Origin: Auanema rhodensis
Lineage: Eukaryota; Animalia; Nematoda
Reading direction: 5' to 3'
NCBI GenBank assembly: GCA_964057225.1
Contig: OZ059898.1
Location: 3,534,001-3,598,000 of the forward strand
DNA: 64,000 nt
Shown: positions 38,401 to 50,400 of the stretch, in pieces
How positions within the stretch are numbered: the stretch's first letter is position 1
How the letters are laid out: the number at the start of each line of letters is the position of its first letter
Program-made: the position numbers and the translations under genes
The notes under the pieces: generated by a model
The model's input: only the letters and a program-made list of their open reading frames with translations
Databases searched by the model: none
Told to the model about the DNA's origin: nothing

Positions 38401-41400
38401 TAATTTTTTCGTTGAATAACATTGTCCATCGTCTTTTGCCTTGAAAAATGGAATCTAAAAACATCTACTTTTTGCTAAATTCTTTTGAAATTTTTCGAAA
38501 AAATTTTTGTCAAAATGTTTTTGGAAGCAATGTTGAGTGTACATGGAAACTCAACATACACTAATGCATCATTTTTCAAACGATCATAACTAATTTTTGT
38601 ATCAAGCGTTTCTCAATGTAGTATAGTGCATTCGATGCGGATTTTTAAGCTGCGTCGATCTGTGTTATCAGATTTGCGCTAGCTTAAAAATGCACCGAGA
38701 AATCAACTGATATAGGTTCACACTTATATCCTCGATTTTCACCCTGAAGAAATAATTTTTTCGTTGAATAACATTGTCCATCGTCTTTGCCTTGAAAAAA
38801 GGAATCTAAAAACATCTACTTTTTGCTAAATTATTTTGAAATTTTTCGAAAAAATTTTTGTCAAAATGTTTTTGGAAGCAATATTGAGTGTACATGGAAA
38901 CTCAACATACACTAATGCATCATTTTTCAAACGATCATAACTAATTTTTGTATCAAGCGTTTCTCAATGTAGTATAGTGCATTCGATGCGGATTTTTAAG
39001 CTGCGTCGATCTGTGTGATCAGATTTACGCTAGCTTAAAAATGCACCGAGATATCAACTGATATAAGTTCACACTTATATCCTCGATTTTCACCCTGAAG
39101 AAATAATTTTTTCGTTGAATAACATTGTCCATCGTCTTTGCCTTAAAAAAAGGAATCTAAAAAATCTACTTTTTGCTAAATTATTTTGAAATTTTTCGAA
39201 AAAATTTTTGTCAAAATGTTTTTGGAAGCAATATTGAGTGTACATGGAAACTCAACATACACTAATGCATCATTTTTCAAACGATCATAACTAATTTTTG
39301 TATCAAGCGTTTCTCAATGTAGTATAGTGCATTCGATGCGGATTTTTAAGCTGCGTCGATCTGTGTTATCAGATTTGCGCTAGCTTAAAAATGCACCGAG
39401 AAATCAACTGATATAGGTTCACACTTATATCCTCGATTTTCACCCTGAAGAAATAATTTTTTCGTTGAATAACATTGTCTATCGTCTTTGCCTTGAAAAA
39501 TGGAATCTAAAAACATCTACTTTTCGCTAAATTCTTTTGAAATTTTTCGAAAAAATTTTTGTCAAAATGTTTTTGGAAGCAATATTAAGTGTACATGGAA
39601 ACTCAACATACACTAATGCATCATTTTTCAAACGATCATAACTAATTTTTGTATTAAGCGTTTCTCAATGTAGTATAGTGCATTCGATGCGGATTTTTAA
39701 GCTGCGTCGATCTGTGTTATCAGATTTGCGCTAGCTTAAAAATGCACCGAGATATCAACTGATATAAGTTCACACTTATATCCTCGATTTTCACCCTGAA
39801 GAATTAAGTTTTTCGTTGAATAACATTGTCCATCGTCTTTGCCTTGAAAAATGGAATCTAAAAACATCTACTTTTTGCTAAATTCTTTTGAAATTTTTCG
39901 AAAAAATTTTTGTCAAAATGTTTTTGGAAGCAATGTTGAGTGTACATGGAAACTCAACATACACTAATGCATCATTTTTCAAACGATCATAACTAATTTT
40001 TGTATCAAGCGTTTCTCAATGTAGTATAGTGCATTCGATGCGGATTTTTAAGCTGCGTCGATCTGTGTTATCAGATTTGCGCTAGCTTAAAAATGCACCG
40101 AGATATCAACTGATATAAGTTCACACTTATATCCTCGATTTTCACCCTGAAGAAATAATTTTTTCGTTGAATAACATTGTCTATCGTCTTTGCCTTGAAA
40201 AATGGAATCTAAAAACATCTACTTTTTGCTAAATTATTTTGAAATTTTTCGAAAAAATTTTTGTCAAAATGTTTTTGGAAGCAATGTTGAGTGTACATGG
40301 AAACTCAACATACACTAATGCATCATTTTTCAAACGATCATAACTAATTTTTGTATCAAGCGTTTCTCAATGTAGTATAGTGCATTCGATGCGGATTTTT
40401 AAGCTGCGTCGATCTGTGTTATCAGATTTGCGCTAGCTTAAAAATGCACCGACAAATCAACTGATATAGGTTCACACTTATATCCTCGATTTTCACCCTG
40501 AAGAAATAATTTTTTCGTTGAATAACATTGTCCATCGTCTTTGCCTTGAAAAAAGGAATCTAAAAAATCTACTTTTTGCTAAATTATTTTGAAATTTTTC
40601 GAAAAAATTTTTGTCAAAATGTTTTTGGAAGCAATGTTGAGTGTACATGGAAACTCAACATACACTAATGCATCATTTTTCAAACGATCATAACTAATTT
40701 TTGTATCAAGCGTTTCTCAATGTAGTATAGTGCATTCGATGCGGAATTTTAAGCTGCGTCGATCTGTGTTATCAGATTTGCGCTAGCTTAAAAATGCACC
40801 GAGATATCAACTGATATAAGTTCACACTTATATCCTCGATTTTCACCCTGAAGAAATAATTTTTTCGTTGAATAACATTGTCCATCGTCTTTGCCTTGAA
40901 AAATGGAATCTAAAAACATCTACTTTTTGCTAAATTCTTTTGAAATTTTTCGAAAAAATTTTTGTCAAAATGTTTTTGGAAGCAATGTTGAGTGTACATG
41001 GAAACTCAACATACACTAATGCATCATTTTTCAAACGATCATAACTAATTTTTGTATTAAGCGTTTCTCAATGTAGTAGAGTGCATTCGATGCGGATTTT
41101 TAAGCTGCGTCGATCTGTGTTATCAGATTTGCGCTAGCTTAAAAATGCACCGAGATATCAACTGATATAAGTTCACACTTATATCCTCGATTTTCACCCT
41201 GAAGAAATAATTTTTTCGTTGAATAACATTGTCCATCGTCTTTTGCCTTGAAAAATGGAATCTAAAAACATCTACTTTTTGCTAAATTCTTTTGAAATTT
41301 TTCGAAAAAATTTTTGTCAAAATGTTTTTGGAAGCAATGTTGAGTGTACATGGAAACTCAACATACACTAATGCATCATTTTTCAAACAATCATAACTAA

Positions 41401-41414
41401 TTTTTGTATCAAGC

Positions 41415-44400
41415 GTTTCTCAATGTAGTATAGTGCATTCGATGCGGATTTTTAAGCTGCGTCGATCTGTGTTATCAGATTTGCGCTAGCTTAAAAATGC
41501 ACCGAGAAATCAACTGATATAGGTTCACACTTATATCCTCGATTTTCACCCTGAAGAAATAATTATTTCGTTGAATAACATTGTCCATCGTCTTTGCCTT
41601 GAAAAAAGAAATCTAAAAACATCTACTTTTTGCTAAATTATTTTGAAATTTTTCGAAAAAATTTTTGTCAAAATGTTTTTGGAAGCAATATTGAGTGTAC
41701 ATGGAAACTCAACATACACTAATGCATCATTTTTCAAACGATCATAACTAATTTGTGTATTAAGCGTTTCTCAATGTAGTAGAGTGCATTCGATGCGGAT
41801 TTTTAAGCTGCGTCGATCTGTGTTATCAGATTTGCGCTAGCTTAAAAATGCACCGAGATATCAACTGATATAAGTTCACACTTATATCCTCGATTTTCAC
41901 CCTAAAGAATTAATTTTTTCGTTGAATCACATTGTCTATCGTCTTTGCCTTGAAAAATGGAATCTAAAAACATCTACTTTTTGCTAAATTCTTTTGAAAT
42001 GTTTCGAAAAAATTTTTGTCAAAATGTTTTTGGAAGCAATATTGAGTGTACATGGAAACTCAACATACACTAATGCATCATTTTTCAAACGATCATAACT
42101 AATTTTTGTATTAAGCGTTTCTCAATGTAGTAGAGTGCATTCGATGCGGATTTTTAAGCTGCGTCGATCTGTGTTATCAGATTTGCGCTAGCTTAAAAAT
42201 GCACCGAGATATCAACTGATATAGGTTCACACTTATATCCTCGATTTTCACCCTAAAGAAATAATTTTTTCGTTGAATAACATTGTCCATCATCTTTGCC
42301 TTGAAAAAAGGAATCTAAAAACATCTACTTTTTGCTAAATTATTTTGAAATTTTTCGAAAAAATTTTTGTCAAAATGTTTTTGGAAGCAATGTTGAGTGT
42401 ACATGGAAACTCAACATACACTAATGCATCATTTTTCAAACGATCATAACTAATTTTTGTATTAAGCGTTTCTCAATGTAGTATAGTGCATTCGATGCGG
42501 ATTTTTAAGCTGCGTCGATCTGTGTGATCAGATTGACGCTAGCTTAAAAATGCACCGAGATATCAACTGATATAAGTTCACACTTATATCCTCGATTTTC
42601 ACCCTAAAGAATTAATTTTTTCGTTGAATAACATTGTCTATCGTCTTTGCCTTAAAAAATGGAATCTAAAAACATCTACTTTTTGCTAAATTATTTTGAA
42701 ATTTTTCGAAAAAATTTTTGTCAAAATGTTTTTGGAAGCAATATTGAGTGTACATGGAAACTCAACATACACTAATGCATCATTTTTCAAACGATCATAA
42801 CTAATTTTTGTATCAAGCGTTTCTCAATGTAGTATAGTGCATTCGATGCGGATTTTCAAGCTGCGTCGATCTGTGCGATCAGATTTGCGCTAGCTTAAAA
42901 ATGCACCGAGATATCAACTGATATAAGTTCACACTTATATCCTCGATTTTCACCCTGAAGAATTAATTTTTTCGTTGAATAACATTGTCTATCGTCTTTG
43001 CCTTGAAAAAAGAAATCTAAAAACATCTACGTTTCGCTAAATTATTTTGAAATTTTTCGAAAACATTTTTGTCAAAATGTTTTTGGAAGCAATATTGAGT
43101 GTACATGGAAACTCAACATACACTAATGCATCATTTTTCAAACGATCATAACTAATTTATGTATTAAGCGTTTCTCAATGTAGTATAGTGCATTCGATGC
43201 GGATTTTTAAGCTGCGTCGATCTGTGTTATCAGATTTGCGCTAGCTTAAAAATGCACCCAGATATCAACTGATATAAGTTCACACTTATATCCTCGATTT
43301 TCACCCTGAAGAAATAATTTTTTCGTTGAATAACATTGTCCATTGTCTTTGCCTTGAAAAATAAAATCTAAAAACATCTACTTTTTGCTAAATTCTTTTG
43401 AAATTTTTCGAAAAAATTTTTGTCAAAATGTTTTTGGAAGCAATGTTGAGTGTACATGGAAACTCAACATACACTAATGCATCATTTTTCACACGATCAT
43501 AACTAATTTTTGTATCAAGCGTTTCTCAATGTAGTATAGTGCATTCGATGCGGATTTTTAAGCTGCGTCGATCTGTGTTATCAGATTTGCGCTAGCTTAA
43601 AAATGCACCGAGAAATCAACTGATATAGGTTCACACTTATATCCTCGATTTTCACCCTAAAGAAATAATTTTTTCGTTGAATAACATTGTCCATCGTCTT
43701 TGCCTTGAAAAAAGGAATCTAAAAACATCTACTTTTTGCTAAATTATTTTGAAATTTTTCGAAAAAATTTTTGTCAAAATGTTTTTGGAAGCAATATTGA
43801 GTGTACATGGAAACTCAACATACACTAATGCATCATTTTTCAAACGATCATAACTAATTTTTGTATCAAGCGTTTCTCAATGTAGTATAGTGCATTCGAT
43901 GCGGATTTTCAAGCTGCGTCGATCTGTGTGATCAGATTTGCGCTAGCTTAAAAATGCACCGAGATATCAACTGATATAAGTTCACACTTATATCCTCGAT
44001 TTTCACCCTAAAGAATTAATTTTTTCGTTGAATAACATTGTCTATCGTCTTTGCCTTGAAAAATGGAATCTAAAAACATCTACTTTTTGCTAAATTATTT
44101 TGAAATTTTTCGAAAAAATTTTTGTCAAAATGTTTTTGGAAGCAATGTTGAGTGTACATGGAAACTCAACATACACTAATGCATCATTTTTCAAACGATC
44201 ATAACTAATTTATGTATTAAGCGTTTCTCAATGTAGTATAGTGCATTCGATGCGGATTTTTAAGCTGCGTCGATCTGTGTTATCAGATTTGCGCTTGCTT
44301 AAAAATGCACCGAGATATCAACTGATATAAGTTCACACTTATATCCTCGATTTTCACCCTGAAGAATTAATTTTTTCGTTGAATAACATTGTCTATCGTC

Positions 44401-47400
44401 TTTGCCTTGAAAAAAGAAATCTAAAAACATCTACGTTTCGCTAAATTATTTTGAAATTTTTCGAAAACATTTTTGTCAAAATGTTTTTGGAAGCAATATT
44501 GAGTGTACATGGAAACTCAACATACACTAATGCATCATTTTTCAAACGATCATAACTAAATTTTGTATTAAGCGTTTTTCAATGTAGTGTAGTGCATTCG
44601 ATGCGGATTTTTAAGCTGCGTCGATCTGTGTTATCAGATTTGCGCTTGCTTAAAAATGCACCGAGATATCAACTGATATAAGTTCACACTTATATCCTCG
44701 ATTTTCACCCTGAAGAATTAATTTTTTCGTTGAATAACATTGTCTATCGTCTTTGCCTTGAAAAAAAGAATCTAAAAACATCTACTTTTTGCTAAATTAT
44801 TTCGAAATTTTTCGAAAAAATTTTTGTCAAAATGTTTTTGGAAGCAATATTGAGTGTACATGGAAACTCAACATACACTAATGCATCATTTTTCAAACGA
44901 TCATAACTAATTTATGTTTTAAGCGTTTCTCAATGTGGTATAGTGCATTCGATGCGGATTTTTAAGCTGCGTCGATCTGTGTTATCAGATTTGCGCTAGC
45001 TTAAAAATGCACCCAGATATCAACTGATATAAGTTCACACTTATATCCTCGATTTTCACCCTGAAGAAATAATTTTTTCGTTGAATAACATTGTCCATTG
45101 TCTTTGCCTTGAAAAATAAAATCTAAAAACATCTACTTTTTGCTAAATTCTTTTGAAATTTTTCGAAAAAATTTTTGTCAAAATGTTTTTGGAAGCAATG
45201 TTGAGTGTACATGGGAACTCAACATACACTAATGCATCATTTTTCACACGATCATAACTAATTTTTGTATCAAGCGTTTCTCAATGTAGTATAGTGCATT
45301 CGATGCGGATTTTTAAGCTGCGTCGATCTGTGTTATCAGATTTGCGCTAGCTTAAAAATGCACCGAGAAATCAACTGATATAGGTTCACACTTATATCCT
45401 CGATTTTCACCCTAAAGAAATAATTTTTTCGTTGAATAACATTGTCCATCGTCTTTGCCTTGAAAAAAGGAATCTAAAAACATCTACTTTTTGCTAAATT
45501 ATTTTGAAATTTTTCGAAAAAATTTTTGTCAAAATGTTTTTGGAAGCAATATTGAGTGTACATGGAAACTCAACATACACTAATGCATCATTTTTCAAAC
45601 GATCATAACTAATTTGTGTATTAAGCGTTTCTCAATGTAGTATAGTGCATTCGATGCGGATTTTTAAGCTGCGTCGATCTGTGTGATCAGATTTACGCTA
45701 GCTTAAAAATGCACCGAGATATCAACTGATATAAGTTCACACTTATATCCTCGATTTTCACCCTAAAGAATTAATTTTTTCGTTGAATAACATTGTCTAT
45801 CGTCTTTGCCTTGAAAAATGGAATCTAAAAACATCTACTTTTTGCTAAATTATTTTGAAATTTTTCGAAAAAATTTTTGTCAAAATGTTTTTGGAAGCAA
45901 TATTGAGTGTACATGGAAACTCAACATACACTAATGCATCATTTTTCAAACGATCATAACTAATTTTTGTATCAAGCGTTTCTCAATGTAGTATAGTGCA
46001 TTCGATGCGGATTTTCAAGCTGCGTCGATCTGTGTGATCAGATTTGCGCTAGCTTAAAAATGCACCGAGATATCAACTGATATAAGTTCACACTTATATC
46101 CTCGATTTTCACCCTAAAGAATTAATTTTTTCGTTGAATAACATTGTCTATCGTCTTTGCCTTGAAAAATGGAATCTAAAAACATCTACTTTTTGCTAAA
46201 TTATTTTGAAATTTTTCGAAAAAATTTTTGTCAAAATGTTTTTGGAAGCAATGTTGAGTGTACATGGAAACTCAACATACACTAATGCATCATTTTTCAA
46301 ACGATCATAACTAATTTATGTATTAAGCGTTTCTCAATGTAGTATAGTGCATTCGATGCGGATTTTTAAGCTGCGTCGATCTGTGTTATCAGATTTGCGC
46401 TTGCTTAAAAATGCACCGAGATATCAACTGATATAAGTTCACACTTATATCCTCGATTTTCACCCTGAAGAATTAATTTTTTCGTTGAATAACATTGTCT
46501 ATCGTCTTTGCCTTGAAAAAAGAAATCTAAAAACATCTACGTTTGGCTAAATTATTTTGAAATTTTTCGAAAACATTTTTGTCAAAATGTTTTTGGAAGC
46601 AATATTGAGTGTACATGGAAACTCAACATACACTAATGCATCATTTTTCAAACGATCATAACTAAATTTTGTATTAAGCGTTTTTCAATGTAGTGTAGTG
46701 CATTCGATGCGGATTTTTAAGCTGCGTCGATCTGTGTTATCAGATTTGCGCTTGCTTAAAAATGCACCGAGATATCAACTGATATAAGTTCACACTTATA
46801 TCCTCGATTTTCACCCTGAAGAATTAATTTTTTCGTTGAATAACATTGTCTATCGTCTTTGCCTTGAAAAAAAGAATCTAAAAACATCTACTTTTTGCTA
46901 AATCATTTCGAAATTTTTCGAAAAAATTTTTGTCAAAATGTTTTTGGAAGCAATATTGAGTGTACATGGAAACTCAACATACACTAATGCATCATTTTTC
47001 AAACGATCATAACTAATTTATGTATTAAGCGTTTCTCAATGTAGTATAGTGCATTCGATGCGGATTTTTAAGCTGCGTCGATCTGTGTTATCAGATTTGC
47101 GCTAGCTTAAAAATGCACCCAGATATCAACTGATATAAGTTCACACTTATATCCTCGATTTTCACCCTGAAGAAATGATTTTTTCGTTGAATAACATTGT
47201 CCATCGTCTTTGCCTTGAAAAAAGAAATCTAAAAACATCTACGTTTTGCTAAATTATTTTGAAATTTTTCGAAAACATTTTTGTCAAAATGTTTTTGGAA
47301 GCAATATTGAGTGTACATGGAAACTCAACATACACTAATGCATCATTTTTCAAACGATCATAACTAATTTATGTATTAAGCGTTTCTCAATGTAGTATAG

Positions 47401-50400
47401 TGCACTCGATGCGGATTTTTAAGCTGCGTCGATCTGTGTTATCAGATTTGCGCTAGCTTAAAAATGCACCGAGATATCAACTGATATAAGTTCACACTTA
47501 TATCCTCGATTTTCACCCTGAAGAATTAATTTTTTCGTTGAATAACATTGTCCATCGTCTTTGCCTTGAAAAAAGGAATCTAAAAACATCTACTTTTTGC
47601 TAAATTATTTTGAAATTTTTCGAAAAAATTTTTGTCAAAATGTTTTTGGAAGCAATGTTGAGTGTACATGGAAACTCAACATACACTAATGCATCATTTT
47701 TCAAACGATCATAACTAATTTTTGTATTAAGCGTTTCTCAATGTAGTATAGTGCATTCGATGCGGATTTTTAAGCTGCGTCGATCTGTGTTATCAGATTT
47801 GCGCTAGCTTAAAAATGCACCCAGATATCAACTGATATAAGTTCACACTTATATCCTCGATTTTCACCCTGAAGAAATGATTTTTTCGTTGAATAACATT
47901 GTCCATCGTCTTTGCCTTGAAAAAAGAAATCTGAAAACATCTACGTTTTGCTAAATTATTTTGAAATTTTTCGAAAACATTTTTGTCAAAATGTTTTTGG
48001 AAGCAATATTGAGTGTACATGGAAACTCAACATACACTAATGCATCATTTTTCAAACGATCATAACTAATTTTTGTATTAAGCGTTTCTCAATGTAGTAT
48101 AGTGCATTCGATGCGGATTTTTAAGCTGCGTCGATCTGTGTTATCAGATTTGCGCTAGCTTAAAAATGCACCGAGATATCAACTGATATAAGTTCACACT
48201 TATATCCTCGATTTTCACCCTGAAGAATTAATTTTTTCGTTGAATAACATTTTCTATCGTCTTTGCCTTGAAAAATGGAATCTAAAAACATCTACTTTTT
48301 GCTAAATTATCTTGAAATTTTTCGAAAAAATTTCTGTCAAAATGTTTTTGGAAGCAATGTTGAGTGTACATGGAAACTCAACATACACTAATGCATCATT
48401 TTTCAAACGATCATAACTAATTTTTGTATTAAGCGTTTCTCAATGTAGTATAGTGCATTCGATGCGGATTTTTAAGCTGCGTCGATCTGTGTTATTAGAT
48501 TTGCGCTAGCTTAAAAATGCACCGAGATATCAACTGATATAAGTTCACACTTATATCCTCGATTTTCACCCTGAAGAATTAATTTTTTCGTTGAATAACA
48601 TTGTCCATCGTCTTTGCCTTAAAAAAAGGAATCTAAAAACATCTACTTTTTGCTAAATTATTTTGAAATTTTTCGAAAAAATTTTTGTCAAAATGTTTTT
48701 GGAAGCAATATTGAGTGTACATGGAAACTCAACATACACTAATGCATCATTTTTCAAACGATCATACCTAATTTTTGTATTAAGCGTTTCTCAATGTACT
48801 ATAGTGCATTCGATGCGGATTTTTAAGCTGCGTCGATCTGTGTTATCAGATTTGCGCTAGCTTAAAAATGCACCGAGATATCAACTGATATAAGTTCACA
48901 CTTATATCCTCGATTTTCACCCTGAAGAATTAATTTTTTCGTTGAATAACATTGTCCATCGTCTTTGCCTTAAAAAAAGGAATCTAAAAACATCTACTTT
49001 TTGCTAAATTATTTTGAAATTTTTCGAAAAAATTTTTGTCAAAATGTTTTTGGAAGCAATATTGAGTGTACATGGAAACTCAACATACACTAATGCATCA
49101 TTTTTCAAACGATCATAACTAATTTGTGTATTAAGCGTTTCTCAATGTAGTATAGTGCATTCGATGCGGATTTTTAAGCTGCGTCGATCTGTGTTATCAG
49201 ATTTGCGCTTGCTTAAAAATGCACCGAGATATCAACTGATATAAGTTCACACTTATATCCTCGATTTTCACCCTGAAGAATTAATTTTTTCATTGAATAA
49301 CATTGTCTATCGTCTTTGCCTTGAAAAAAGAAATCTAAAAACATCTACGTTTCGCTAAATTATTTTGAAATTTTTCGAAAAAATTTTTGTCAAAATGTTT
49401 TTGGAAGCAATATTGAGTGTACATGGAAACTCAACATACACTAATGCATCATTTTTCAAACGATCATAACTAATTTATGTATTAAGCGTTTCTCAATGTA
49501 GTATAGTGCATTCGATGCGGATTTTTAAGCTGCGTCGATCTGTGTTATCAGATTTGCGCTAGCTTAAAAATGCACCCAGATATCAACTGATATAAGTTCA
49601 CACTTATATCCTCGATTTTCACCCTGAAGAAATGATTTTTTCGTTGAATAACATTGTCCATCGTCTTTGCCTTGAAAAAAGAAATCTAAAAACATCTACG
49701 TTTTGCTAAATTATTTTGAAATTTTTCGAAAACATTTTTGTCAAAATGTTTTTGGAAGCAATATTGAGTGTACATGGAAACTCAACATACACTAATGCAT
49801 CATTTTTCAAACGATCATAACTAATTTATGTATTAAGCGTTTCTCAATGTAGTATGGTGCACTCGATGCGGATTTTTAAGCTGCGTCGATCTGTGTTATC
49901 AGATTTGCGCTAGCTTAAAAATGCACCGAGATATCAACTGATATAAGTTCACACTTATATCCTCGATTTTCACCCTGAAGAATTAATTTTTTCGTTGAAT
50001 AACATTGTCCATCGTCTTTGCCTTGAAAAAAGGAATCTAAAAACATCTACTTTTTGCTAAATTATTTTGAAATTTTTCGAAAAAATTTTTGTCAAAATGT
50101 TTTTGGAAGCAATGTTGAGTGTACATGGAAACTCAACATACACTAATGCATCATTTTTCAAACGATCATAACTAATTTTTGTATTAAGCGTTTCTCAATG
50201 TAGTATAGTGCATTCGATGCGGATTTTTAAGCTGCGTCGATCTGTGTTATCAGATTTGCGCTAGCTTAAAAATGCACCGAGATATCAACTGATATAAGTT
50301 CACACTTATATCCTCGATTTTCACCCTGAAGAAATGATTTTTTCGTTGAATAACATTGTCCATCGTCTTTGCCTTGAAAAAAAAAATCTAAAAACATCTA

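Larger units (their letters stand above)
1..41414. repeat. Proximal satellite subdomain (118 monomers of 350, 351 or 352 bp)
   Basis: Common alleles are GTATCAAGC, AATTCTTTT, GAAATAATT and GAAATC...ATAGG. Recurrent 1-bp indels occur (TAAAAAATCT, GTCTTTTGC, AAAATTTTGTC). Length is 41414 versus 118x351=41418. Confidence 0.8.

Noticed and set aside
47793-48020. 75-aa minus-strand ORF
   Set aside because: It lies within a satellite monomer and is open because a private A>G at 47933 turns the usual TAG into CAG. There is no recognisable domain.
48663-48860. 65-aa plus-strand ORF (also 51471-51668 and 51822-52019)
   Set aside because: It starts at TTG and exists only where TAA at monomer 331-333 became TAC (3 of 182 copies). 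Its F/K/I-rich composition simply reflects A/T tracts.
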